This document shows, one piece after another, positions 48,185-59,233 of a stretch of 64,000 bases of DNA (within the stretch, counting starts at the first letter, position 1; every line of letters starts with the position of its first letter). Under the pieces are notes generated by a model that was not told the DNA's origin, searched no databases, and worked only from the letters and a program-made list of their open reading frames with translations. Source of the DNA: Chara braunii (Eukaryota > Plantae > Charophyceae); NCBI GenBank assembly GCA_003427395.1, contig BFEA01000001.1:13528967-13592966 (forward strand). Reading direction: 5' to 3'. A program made the position numbers and the translations under genes.

Positions 48185-48790
48185 TCATACTCTCAGTCTA
48201 ATTTTAGCAGTAGCATCTTTGGAAAGTATGGTGAGGTTAAGAACGGGCAAAAGTTCAGTCAACAGGCCCTGGGATACCGTTACCGGTCCGGAGCCGACCA
48301 AAATGTCAATTGAGCCGTTACGAGGCTCCAAGGGAAAACACACATTATTCAAGACCCAACCATCTTCGAAGGCATGAATGGTGTCGTCGTTTACTTTTTT
48401 TAAGGGGAATCTCGTGTTATCCTTCAAGACGGAGACCATTATCTCCTTCAATCAATTTGGCTTTAATCTGTCCAACAACGTGTTTAACTTTAATTCAAAT
48501 CCCCCTCCTTGTATGGCCATTTCTCTTGGATCCAGGTCCACAGGGTATATGCCATTGCCAAAGCATAACGCCAACAATGCCCAAAAGTAGTCTTCATCTT
48601 CTTAGTAGCCCCGTTGTTCCGCTTGTCCGGTGGGTGGGAACTGAGCACTGTTCCTATTGTTTACATCATCTTCCATCTCCTCCATTGATGTATGATATCC
48701 TACTTTCTTCTATGAAACTTCTCAACAGTTCTCTCTAGGTCTATCCACGACCCAGTATACAAAACTCTCCAATCCAAACTCTCCGCAGTG
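48185..48790 (-). pseudogene. Decayed protein-coding fragment of unknown family
   Basis: One frame reads MEEMEDDVNNRNSAQFPPTGQAEQRGY*EDEDYFWALLALCFGNGIYPVDLDPREMAIQGGGFELKLNTLLDRLKPN*LKEIMVSVLKDNTRF...AKIRLRV*, with globular composition and two internal stops. Confidence 0.45.
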
Positions 48791-49042
48791 GCACGCGGGT
48801 AGGTTGTCACCCGAACTGTCAGCTATGGATGGTGAAGCTTGCCACCAGCACCAGTTTGCCCCGTCGACGGGAAAAGAGTCAAGAATCCTGAGGCACTATG
48901 TCGGCTATAGTGACTTGGTTGAGTGTAGGGTGCCGGGTAGCACCAGGGCAAAGAGCTTAGTGCCGGCTGGAGTGTTTCCTTGCAGTCCCCATCTTGGGCC
49001 TTGGGCGTACATTTCTTCCCCCCCCCCCCCCCCCCCCCCCAG

Positions 49043-49335
49043 AAAATGGGCAATGGCCTTGAGATTTCATCATTGAATTGACCAGCCACAGGTAAGTCAG
49101 AATTATCTCATTACCAACTACCAACTGCTGGCCTCAGTTGGTACATCCCTGAATTGTTCAAATACAGACTCAAGCAGATGAGTAGAATCGAACAGTACAA
49201 TTCTGGATTACCTAGGGCAGGTCAGATCCATGATATCTCAAGAAGGCCTCATTCCGTCCATCTGGTTGCGTCTGGATTCGAACCTGGGTATAGCTACAGT
49301 GGCGTTGTTGGTCTTGGGTGTACCATTCAGCCCCA
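49043..49335. mobile_element. Cluster of SINE family 1 pieces (minus tail, plus copy with deletion, minus head)
   Basis: Minus tail AAATGGGCAATGGCCTTGAGATTTCAT; plus copy GGCCTCAGTTGGTACATCCCTGAATTGTTCAAATACAGAC...ATGATATCTCAAG; minus head TCTGGATTCGAACC...GGGTGTACCATTCAGC. Confidence 0.65.
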
Positions 49336-49935
49336 CGGACTTGATCCCTCGTTCTACTGCGCATTTGTTCAGTCCCTGTTTCGCCCCCGGGAGATTGGGT
49401 GGTCCACAAAGTACGTGCTGGTTGTGCCGCAAGTTGGATGTCTGGGCGGGGTTTAGCGCAGGCTTGTGTCGCTTGCCAGTTTGGGTGGGGGTGTGCGCAG
49501 CGTTATGCCGCTGGCGTGTCGGAGGTCATCCATCATCTGCGTTCCATGAGCAGCGGCAGCTCAGCCCCTGGCCTTCTCCGTCGTCTTCGACCCCCCCTCC
49601 TCCACTTCTGCGTCAAGTGGCTACCTTAGTCATTCCTGACGGTAAGCTCATTCCTCTCCATCTCCTTTCTCCCTCCTATTACCCTTCCTTCGTTGTCGTG
49701 TGACCCTTTGGGCCTTTGGGCCTCGAAATGTGCGAAAAACGAGAGTTCACCGCCATGATTTTTGTCTTTTGTGCATGTCGAGAGCAGTGCAGCGAGGCCC
49801 TTTGGCGCCCCCGCCGCGCTCCCGTTCGGTATCTTCATCTTTGTCAGCATCTCCCTCGCCGCCTTCCTTTTCTTCGCCTGTCTCCATCTCCTCTGCTTCC
49901 GCTCACCGCTTTCCTTTTCTACCGGTAGTCGATTA

Positions 49936-50057
49936 GGCCCCAGTTGCACCACTCATCAGCGGTAAAGGTTTTGAACTCATCTGGACAAATTCGTGTCCAG
50001 GTGCATTCAAAAAATCCTGACGGAATCAGACGGATGGTGAGTGGTGCAACTAGGCCC
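49936..50057. mobile_element. Tourist-like (PIF/Harbinger) MITE, 122 bp
   Basis: TTA TSD on both sides. TIRs GGCCCCAGTTGCACCACTCA / TGAGTGGTGCAACTAGGCCC. Confidence 0.88.
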
Positions 50058-52315
50058 TTAGTCTATGTGATGTTAGGTTGACGACGAGGACGAGCGGATG
50101 AATAGGGAAAATAACGAATGGCGACGGCGAGGACGACGGAGGGTAAGAGAGGGAGAAAATACTTATTTAGGTGGAGGGGCAGGAAATTTCTAGAGGGCTA
50201 GGCGAGGAGAGGTGGATGAGAAGACAAGGAGGGAGAGAAGGAGAGACGGAAGTAGAGAAATAGGTAATGTGTGGTAATTGGATATTTTGTGACAATATAT
50301 ATAAAAGAAAAAGAGACAAAAAGAAAAAAAGAAAAAAGAGAAAAAAAGAAAAAAAAAAAAAAGATACGTTGATCTGTGGGATGTGTTATTTGCTTTGTGA
50401 TAATTGGATTATCTTTCTTTCCCTATCTTTCTTTCCCTGTCAGGTTTGGTTTCCTCCTCCCTTTCTTTACCTCTTTGCCTTTTGGCTGCGTGCAAGTGGG
50501 TCCTTGTGACACACGGGGATGGGGGCAGCCAGCGCTCAACCTGTCATCCACGTGGCTGGCCTTGTACGTAAGAGGTTATGAACAGGTGGAGCTTTCCTTA
50601 CGTCTTCCCCTTCCCCTTTTTTTCCTTTTCTTTTTTTCTTTCCCCTTTTTTTCGCTTCTGCGCTCTGATTCACAATGTGACAATATATATATTTTTTTGG
50701 GAGTGTGTGGTAATTAGAGATGCTGGTTCCCTCCCTTTTGAGACTCCGCTCTGTTTATCCTGCGGGCGTTTCCGGCTGGGGTAGGAGGCTGGGAATCGAA
50801 TCGGCAGCAGCGCCTGGCTCTGATGTGCGTGCGGCTTCTCACCCCCGTTTATCGTCGCGCCGGCCATAACTTTTTTTCGGGCTTATCGCCTTTGACGCTC
50901 GGAATCGTCCCCCTTGATCTTTCAGTCCATCCTCTGCTCCTCCCACTGCAGCAACCCGTTAGTTAATTCTTTTCTTACCTCCTTTTCGTGCTCCTCTCCT
51001 GTTGTCATTGTCCTTCTCTCCTCCTTCTCCTCCTCCTTCTCCTCCTCCTTGTTACTCCGTTGCTCTCCTCGTAGCCACCTCCTCCACCGCGGCTCTTGTC
51101 TTCATCTGCTTCCTCCCCCCCCCAACATCTCCTCATCCTCCCGTCTTCTCTTTCCTTGTCGCCTCCTCTTCCTCCGTGTGGTCCTTCTTCTACGTGATAG
51201 CTTGTTGCTGTTGAATATGAGAGGGCAAAGCGGAAAGATAACGTCGGCATGTTATGAAGTGTGGGGACGGCGTAGGGGATTGGTGGGAGAGTGAAGGTAC
51301 ACAAGCTAATGGGAGGACAAGAGGAGAGAGGACGACGCGATGGCTGTGAGGATGAGGAGGTGAAAAAATGACCGGAGGAGATATCGGTAGTTTTCGGTGA
51401 ATGGTTACAGTATGTACGTATATCACCCTGCACGTTATTTATGGTGCTGCTTTGCGGGTCTGATGGTAGGTAGCATACTTACTCCCGCCAGCACTTTTGT
51501 CGACGTATCTGGACGCAATTACGTCTGGTTCTGCATGTATCTGGCTGCAAGTCCGTCCAGAAATCAACCGAGAAGCTTGTGTGAGTATCTGCCGTATTTA
51601 TGACCGCTACTGGATGCACCTGACCGCGATTACGTCTAGTTTGTCCTCGGCGGCTGCATGACCAGCAGCAGAACTCGTCCTCCATGATTGCTCACCCTCA
51701 CGTCTTCGTCCTTCACCTGCTCTCACTTCCTTCCCCCTCCGGTACCTTGTCGCTTTCAACGACTCCTACCTGGTCACTTCTCGTCGATTGGCAAGTAAAA
51801 AAATAGCCATCGTACGAGTAGAGTGCTGCTGCTCTTTCCTCCCTCCACCCCCTGTTCCGCATGTGTTCCCGTCTTCCTGTCCTCCTCACTTCTCCTAATC
51901 TTCTCCTTCCACGTGTCCACCTCTCGCCTCCTGTTCCTTGTGTTTGTCCCATCGTCTCTTTGTCACCGCCGTTCTTGTACGTCCATCCCTGTTTTACTTG
52001 GTTTCCCTTCATGGTCCTCATCCGTTCTCTCTCTTCCGCGCCCTCTCCTTGATCTGGCTCTATCGCGCCGCCTCCTTGATCTGGCTCTATCGTCCACTGC
52101 TTAACGTATCGTCCTTTCTCTCCATTGCATTCCCCCATCATCATCCCGCATTGCCCGTTCTGTATATCGCCACAACCATGCTATGCGCTGCCTCCTTGAT
52201 CTTGGCACATCATACTGGATGTGGTGGCCCGTGGATAAATCGGTGGATAATCAGTTGTGCTGGATGAGAGCGGAGTGTGCGACTACTGCCTGTGTGGCGG
52301 ATGCCTTGTGTAGTG

Positions 52316-52364
<49 letters not shown>

Positions 52365-52428
52365 GGATACTACACCCTTGCAGGGGTGGGGTGGATATCA
52401 GGATCGGCATGGATCCAGTTTTTGTACG

Positions 52429-52505
52429 CCGTGCCATGGCTGTAGTGGTTAAGAGGCTCGGCTCTTGAGGCTGAGGGCGCCGGTTCGAAACCGTGCGTGC
52501 ACGGA
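52429..52505 (+). mobile_element. tRNA-like head (SINE family 2 or tRNA pseudogene)
   Basis: Acceptor-like CCGTGC/GCACGG, A box TGGCTGTAGTGG, arm CTCGGC(TCTTGAG)GCTGAG, B box GGTTCGAAACC. T-stem is mispaired. Confidence 0.6.
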
Positions 52506-52535
52506 GGAGGTCCTGTGGCTGACAAAGTACAGACT

Positions 52536-52900
52536 TGGCTCTATCGCATAGCATGTGGTGACGATATACAGAATGGACAATGCGGGATGATGAGGGGGAA
52601 TGCTATGGAGAGGAACGGCTATATATGTTACAAAAGGAGTTGCCTTATATGATTTGAATTGGCACAACTATACCTGAATGCGAGGAGAGAAGACGAGATG
52701 ACGTTCGCTCTTCCGCGCCGCCTCCTTGATCTTGGCTCTATCGCATAGCATGTTGGTGACAATATACAGAATGGACAATTGGGGGATGATGATGGGGGAA
52801 TGCTATGCAGAGGAGCGGCTATACGTTATGATGAAAGAGTTGCCTTATATGATTTGGGTTGGTGCAGCTATACGGATACGAGGAGAGAAGACGAGACGAA
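52536..52900. repeat. ~197-bp tandem duplication, partly inverted relative to 52110-52187
   Basis: TTGGCTCTATCGCATAGCATG...ATATACAGAATGGACAAT...GAGTTGCCTTATATGATTTG occurs twice. The reverse complement of its first part lies at 52110-52187. Confidence 0.8.
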
Positions 52901-53204
52901 GGGGGAGGAGAGAGAGGTGGAAAAAGGAGGGAAGTCGGCGGGCAGTCGTCGATTTCCAGGCGGTCAGAAGAAGGAACAAGTAGAGAGAGGTGGTGCTCAT
53001 CAGCGATGATGTATCTGGCGAGAGATCGTCGGGAAGGGTAGTCTTGTGGGGGGAAGAGGATGTAGTCAATCACAGCTGCTGTACCTCAGTACGCTTGGAT
53101 CGCCACGTCCCTGGGAGATTGTCTCATGTGCTCACCCTCGTCGATCGCCTCCGTTCTTTCAGCTTGATCAACGTTCAGCACTTTTCAAACTTAGACTCTC
53201 TCTC

Positions 53205-53610
53205 TCTCTCTCTCCCTCCATCCCTCTCTCTTGTTCCTCCTATTCGCTGACGTGTGTCCCCGCCGCCTCCTCGTCTGCAAGGCTTTTTCGATCGACCCAA
53301 CGTCTCTGTGCACATCCACCTTGTATGGAAAACTCCGGTGTACGTATCCTCCCCATTCTTCTACTTAGCCGCATTATGATGCATCGATTTCCGTCCCACA
53401 GATTCCCTTCTCTCTCCCTCTTTCCCTCCATCCCTCTCTGTTGTTCCTCCTATTCGCTGACGTGTTTCTCCGCCTCCTCCTCGTCTGCAAGGCTTTTTCC
53501 ATCGACCCAACGTCTCTGTCCACGTCCGCCTCGTCTGGTCGATTCTGGTGTACGTATCCTCGCATTTTTCTACTTAGCCGCATTCTGATGCTTTGATTTT
53601 CGTCCCACAA
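53205..53610. repeat. ~207-bp tandem duplication
   Basis: CCCTCCATCCCTCTCT.TTGTTCCTCCTATTCGCTGACGTGT...CTACTTAGCCGCATT.TGATGC occurs twice. Confidence 0.85.
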
Positions 53611-53751
53611 ATCCCCGTCTCTCTCCGCGATTTCCCTTTCCGACCGACCTTGTCCTTGTATTACTGTGATACTCTTGTCTTGCTCACTCTTGTCTTGCGC
53701 ACTCTTGTCTTGCTCACTGATAAAAGTATGTTATGTTTGCCAAGACCCAAA

Positions 53752-53815
53752 TCCGTGGCCTCACGGATTCGAACCGGTGATCTCAGCCATAACAGCTGGA
53801 TGTCTTAACCAGACT
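53752..53815 (-). mobile_element. tRNA-like head, SINE family 2, inverted copy
   Basis: Reverse complement TGGTTAAGACATCCAGCTGTTATGGCTGAGATCACCGGTTCGAATCCGTGAGGCCACGG parallels 52446-52504. Confidence 0.6.
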
Positions 53816-53824
53816 CCTTGTGTT

Positions 53825-53863
<39 letters not shown>

Positions 53864-54381
53864 CACACTCCTGAATCTCTTATCTCCCGCTTGCACGTCC
53901 TGGGGCTGCGAGTCGTCTCGGTCATCAGCGTGCCTTCTCCCTCTCTCTTTCTCTGTGTCCCTTTTTATTCGCTCCTCCCGTACGTTCCCCCATCCTGAAT
54001 CTCTCTCCTTATAGATCTTAGCACAGAAAGGAAGTTTGGAGGACACTGAAAGAAATCATTCCGGTGTAAGGGGTATGTATGATAAACGTGCGAGAACGGC
54101 TCAGAAATACTAAGGGGTGAATAAAAAAGACGGACGTTAATGACCTCTGCCTGTTACCGATCCTGGAGAACAGGCAATCACGCAAGTCCGTGAAAACATC
54201 ACGTCTTGCAAAGTTGGAACGTGCGATCCAAATGGTTTAAAGTTTGTCAAAGACGTTGGAAAACAAAGGGTGAAGATTGAAACCGGGTTTTGGCGAATTC
54301 CAGGAAAAAAAAACCGAAATGACAGCGATTCGGTAGTGGGTAGGTCATGAGAAGAGCAGCAGTGATAGGTCATGAGAAGAA

Positions 54382-54508
54382 GAATTGAACTGAATTAAAT
54401 CAAATTGAATTGAATTGAATCAAATCAAATTGAATTGAATTAAATCAAATCAAATCAAATTGAATTGAATGGAATGGAATGGAATGGAATTGAATGGAAT
54501 GGAATTGA
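54382..54508. repeat. Pentamer microsatellite grading from GAATT/AAATC to GAATG
   Basis: Seen directly. Confidence 0.9.
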
Positions 54509-54561
54509 AAAGAATCCTACATTAAAAAAAACAAAAAACAAAAAAAGAATCCTACGTCACG

Positions 54562-54632
54562 AGCCGATCTCAAGGATCGAACACGCGACCGCTCAGATGG
54601 GAGTTGGACGGTCAACCCCACCTCGGCACGGA
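54562..54632 (-). mobile_element. tRNA-like head, SINE family 3
   Basis: Reverse complement GGTTGACCGTCCAACTCCCATCTGAGCGGTCGCGTGTTCGATCC has the same head as 54775-54818. Confidence 0.6.
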
Positions 54633-54679
54633 ATACTCTGTGTCCTCGTCCGCACCCAGTTACGGTCACACCCAGCTAC

Positions 54680-55210
54680 GTGCTGGCACCCTCCTCCTCC
54701 TCCTCCTCTTCTTCTTCTTCTTGTTCTTCTTAAGTATAGGGGCTTAACTTATACCCCAGTCAGCTTAGCCGTTTGGTTGAGCGTCCAACCCCCATGTGGG
54801 AGGTCGCGTGTTCGATCCTTCATGTCAATTCCGCGTCGATTCATGTGGGAGGTCCTTGTATAGCAGGCTGTCTGCGTCCACGAGTCGGAGACTTCCCACC
54901 TACCGGCAAAGAGGAAGCAGCCTAAATCGACGTACTTGAACCGCGGAATTCACATGAATCGATGCAGAATTGACATGAATCGAACACGCGACCTCCCACA
55001 TGGGAGTTGGACGCTCAACCAAACGGCTAAGCTGACTGGGGTATAAATTAAGCCCCTACAGTCTTCCCCCGAATACAACGTACGGTCATTATAGCTGAAT
55101 TTAGACTGAAAAGATACACCAAATTCAGCTATAATGACCGTACATTGTATTCCGGGGCAGACTGTAGAATTAAAAGAAGAGGAGGAGGAGGAGGAGGAGG
55201 GTGCCAGCAC
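54680..55210. repeat. Fold-back inverted repeat with a tRNA-like head in each arm
   Basis: Left arm 54680-54848 (GTGCTGGCACC(CTC)n...GGGCTTAA.TTATACCCCAGTCAGCTTAGCCGTTTGGTTGAGCGTCCAAC...GTTCGAT...ATTCATGTG) is mirrored by 54951-55210. Spacer is ~100 bp. Confidence 0.85.
55059..55164. mobile_element. Tc1/mariner-pogo-type palindromic MITE inserted in the right arm of the fold-back
   Basis: About 45-bp TIRs starting CAGTCTTCCCCCGAATACAACGTACGGTCATTATAGCTGAATTT, TA duplicated. The left arm shows the empty site. Confidence 0.88.
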
Positions 55211-55265
55211 TGCTTTTCGTACATCCTTCTAATGAACAAGCATTACACTTCCCCATGCATTACTA

Positions 55266-55368
55266 CCGTCTTCCCCCGAACATAACGCACCCTAAAAATG
55301 AATGTACACAAGCTAAATTTCCGGCCAGATACAGCCAAAATAAGGGTGCGTTGTGTTCGGGGAAAACG
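55266..55368. mobile_element. Tc1/mariner-pogo-type MITE, same family as 28672-28774
   Basis: TA-CCGTCTTCCCCCGAACATAACGCACCCT...AATGAATGTACAC...AGGGTGCGTTGTGTTCGGGGAAAACG. Confidence 0.8.
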
Positions 55369-55559
55369 TGCACATTGCCCGACGCCGCTTTTCGGCCAGG
55401 AAGTGCATCTGGCACTCAGGGGCTTTCTCCCAAGATCCGCATCACGGCACCCACCTCGCATTTCAACCACTGAAGAAGAAGAGGAAGAAGAAGAAGAAGT
55501 AGAAGAGGAAGAAGAAGAAGAAGAAGAAGACGAAATGACAACGTTTTAAGAATGAAACA

Positions 55560-55712
55560 GCACCAGTTAGAATACCATCCTAAACTGTTGAAATACAGAC
55601 CTGAGTTCAAACTACAGTGAGAGCAGATGACTAACATACTACATGCAATTCTGAAGTACATAGGGCCTGCCAGCTCGATAATGATATCTCAAGGCTGCGG
55701 CCCTTATTAAAA
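55560..55712 (+). mobile_element. tRNA-derived SINE family 1 copy
   Basis: AACTGTTGAAATACAGACCTGAGTTCAAAC head; tail ATGATATCTCAAGGCTGCGGCCCTTATTAAAAAA. Confidence 0.65.
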
Positions 55713-56214
55713 AAGGAAAGAGAAATTAAAAACAAAGGGGGGGGGGGGGAGAAGAATACCATCCTAAATGGACGGGATGCAACGAACGTGCATTTCATAA
55801 GGAGCACTGATCAAGTACATCCGACTCTTTGAATGTCTAGGAGAGCACATAGCAGCGTTTTTAAGTCGTTATTGAAAAGATGCAGCCAGAGATTTCGGGA
55901 TTCTACTGCTGATGACGCTATGCATGCGCTTGACCCATGACCGGACGCAAAGAAGGGAGTGCAATCAGTGGAAAGGAAGTAAGCAGCAGCAGCAGCAGCA
56001 GGAGGAGGAGGAGGAGGAGATGGAAATGTGAAGAAGAAAATGATTGTCGATTGACATGTAGATGTCGTCGATCGGTCATGGTGAACATGGAGATCGAGGA
56101 GAGTTGGTGCAAGTGCAAAGGGAGGGCTACGTGTATAAGATGAGGGCAAGGCCAGATGGCCCCTAAATGCTCAGTGGGTGGTCGAGTTCCGGTGGCCGAA
56201 AGGCAATATCAGGA

Positions 56215-56278
56215 GCATGCGATTATCCTCCTGATGATGCCGAAGAGCACCCGGTGGAAACATGTAGAGGACGTGTGC
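56215..56278 (+). ncRNA. Type I hammerhead ribozyme with minimal palindromic stem III (Penelope-type)
   Basis: GCAUGCG-auua-UCCUC-CUGAUGA-UGCCG(AAGAGCACC)CGGUG-GAAA-CAUG-UA^-GAGGA-CGUGUGC. Stem I has 5+7 bp around a bulge; cleavage triplet GUA. Confidence 0.8.
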
Positions 56279-57258
56279 ACGGTATTGGAGTGTGAAAACA
56301 CGGTTGTATGATCGGACTTGTTATACTAGTAATACATTTGCAATTGCCTGTGCAGAGCAAAGAGCAATTGGCCATTGCTTGTCATTCTTCTTCCTTCTGC
56401 GTTATTGCCGTGTCACTCTTGTTCCTTTCTGCATTATTGCAGTGTGTCTATTGCCGTCTCTCTGTATCACTCGATTCTGTACTTCACCCTTCAGGAGAAG
56501 GCAGGCCCGACACGGCAAGCCTGTATCCAATGGCCGTTCAAACCATCAGTACACGGCCCCAGCCTTGTGGAAAGAACTCGTCGCCACGGAATTCAAATTT
56601 CGGGCCCGTCCAGGCCACGGAATTCAAATTCCGGGCCCGTGCGGGACGGGGCGCGGCTTGGTGGGGCAGGGCTTGGTGGGGCGGGGCAGGCGAGGCACCG
56701 TAGATAATCAAATTGGCGTCCCCCCGAAGCGGCACCGGCATCAGCCTGACACCCACGGCCGATGTATGGGTGTGGGTGTACTGCCGGTTTTACGGACTTC
56801 CTCTCCTCTGCGTCTGCAGCGGCGACGGATTCCTACCTCCTTACCTTTTTCATGGATCGCATGTGCAGTTCCACCTTGGAAAAAACTGCAGCATTGACAT
56901 CCTGTGCCCGTCGAGTCTGTGTTTGATTGACATACAGACACTCTTGGCTGTGAATGCCGTTGTCTTTCTTTTCCGATATTGTTATGACTGGATTGTATCA
57001 TCATCGTGGCGCGTGTTGTGTTTCCTCACTGTTTGCATCCTGACCATATTTAGTGGCAGGTCCGGTTTGGCATGCAGGATTTTATAGAACGTCATGGCCC
57101 ATTGTTGGACTCTGTTGTTCTCAACTGCGAACAACATGCACTTCGGTAATTGCTCTTCGCTGGCATGGGTAATCATGAAGTGGGTTGGAACGGCGATTCA
57201 GTACGATTTTGAATAAAAACTCTCTCTCGCTCTCTCATATACGTACATCATGTCGTTT

Positions 57259-57326
57259 GTCCTTCGGGACGTCCGTTAAAATTGGAACGATACAGAGAAG
57301 GAAGATTCGCATGACCAAGAAATGGT
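57259..57326 (+). pseudogene. U6 snRNA pseudogene with internal deletion
   Basis: GTCCTTCGGGACGTCCGTTAAAATTGGAACGATACAGAGAAG(GAAG)ATTCGCATGACC then AGAAATGGT. The ~30-nt ISL segment is missing. Followed by (TTC)n, poly-T and Ns. Confidence 0.82.
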
Positions 57327-57342
57327 GTTCTTCTTCTTCTTC

Positions 57343-57373
<31 letters not shown>

Positions 57374-57540
57374 TCCCTTTCAAGGTANATTNTTNTNTGG
57401 TCATNTTNCGGCTGNTTTTNTNTTTNGTTACACCATTCTCACGGCTCCTTTCCTATCCACATTAGTCTTTCATCGCCTTCCCACCTTTTTTTTTTTTCTC
57501 TTTTTTTTTTTGGTCCTCCTTTCTTTTTGATTTCCTATAA

Positions 57541-57682
57541 AAATGGGCGACAGCCTTGAGATATCATTGTGGGAACTGCCCTGCTTTCCCAATTCACGCA
57601 TTTCTGGTTGGTTCCATCTGGATTCGAACTCCGGTCTGCACTGCAAAAGTTCATGGGTGTACAACTAAGCTAAACCTGTTGG
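57541..57682 (-). mobile_element. tRNA-derived SINE family 1, near full-length (~140 bp)
   Basis: Reverse complement: A box TAGCTTAGTTG, B box GAGTTCGAATCC, tail GGGCAGTTCCCACAATGATATCTCAAGGCTGTCGCCCATTT. Confidence 0.72.
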
Positions 57683-59197
57683 TGTCTCCTTTCCACTTCT
57701 GGCTTTTATACAATCGATCTTCCTTCCCTTTTGGTTGGTTTTACTCCACATGCGACAGTGGTGACCCCTTGAGAGTTTTAGATAGCATATCACCCTTTGC
57801 TGAGATACCCACTTGCAATATTGGACAACACGTGCGAGGCTTTACTTTCACAGAATACATGTCCTGTCCATGGCATGCGACCGAAACAGCCGCGATTACC
57901 CTTCTACCTCTCTGCTGAGAGACACACATGCAAGGAGCTGGTGAAAGTCCCTTGTTTTGGGGATAGAGGCGAACCCTTGAGAGCTTCTTTTGGATATCAT
58001 GACCCCCCTTCACTGAGACAACTGACCGTAGGATGGTACTACAAGGCATCAAACGTAAGCTCTCGGTTTTGCGTTTTGCTGCCAGCAAAAGAGCACTGAT
58101 TACACGATTTCCTTGGTCTCATGTAAGTCCCATCTGTTGTGATCCTCTGCAGGCATAACCTGTCAGGTGGACTGCAGGGAAGGAAACCTTAATGTGTTCA
58201 TGAAGTCCCCCGAAAGCTGTTCGTGATCACCATCAGGTAAGTGGGTTCGTCCCTGAGATTTGTGGCTTGTTGTAGAAACTCTGGGGATGATAGATTGTCG
58301 CGGACATATGCGTAACACGCAAGGCACCCATTCTTCAAGACAGGGTTCTAGCCTGTGTGCCCTCATATTTGCTGAACACACTATTACGTAAATATCCATG
58401 GGCGTGGTGAATCGTCACAGCGAACGCTCAGCCTGTGTGTCTCAACTTGAGCAAAAGGTCAGCTCCGAAGCCGGTAGGAGGAGAGAGCAGAAGTGCTAAA
58501 TTTGTTTGTTATCCGTCTGTATGTATATGTTGATTGCAGATGCTGAGTACGCACGTTCATTACCACGGCTGGTGAAGCTTCAGACAGTGTCGTAGCTGGG
58601 ACGTCTTTGCTACACTATCTGTTGCTGTCGACTAGCGGGAGGCCTGTTTTGGGTATCAGCTCAAAGTGCAGTGAAGGCGGAGATCAGGTGCAAGTAGGCT
58701 GGTGCGAATTTACCTGGTGAAAAAGGTACTGGTCGCCCCTCTGCGCGTCCATCATGCCGTACAGTGGAAAGAGCACGCTTGCTTTGGTGTGTCGTGTCTC
58801 TGCCACTGTCGCAGGGGTGTCATATGGATTTGTCAAGCTTCAGGCGCTCAAGGCCATGGCTCCAGCGAAGAAGAAGGTTAAGTCTGAATCATCTAAACAC
58901 TAACGCTTATGTCTCTTGGGGAGGTGCTGCAGCAGTGGAAACAGTGATTGCATGAGAGCTATGGAGGAGATTTGTACGGCTATGATGTGGACTGTGGCTC
59001 AAGTGCAGGTGGCAGCGGATGGTGGAAGGGAGGGGATTATATGGAGAGAGATTTTTGAGTGTGAGAAACTCGGGGGTTGACTGGCTTTTATGTAAGAATT
59101 TACCTCTGGATTCTTTTGTTGCTTTTGTGATGCTCTCATGGATTTGTGGTTTGACCCCTTTTCAAGGGAGTGGGTAGGGTTTGGGCAGGGGGGGAAA

Positions 59198-59233
<36 letters not shown>

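Noticed and set aside
49915-49970. Minus-strand CTGATGA...GAAA
   Set aside because: It is part of a Tourist MITE TIR; there is no UH site or stem III.
52429-52505. Functional tRNA-Gln(TTG) gene
   Set aside because: T-stem is mispaired, there is no U33 and no oligo-T terminator, and a related diverged copy lies nearby.
55905-55940. Other CTGATGA hits (27780, 35642, 46429, 55909)
   Set aside because: None has a stem II followed by GAAA.
56502-56747. hAT MITE with CAGGC...GCCTG ends
   Set aside because: TIRs are weak and there is no 8-bp TSD.
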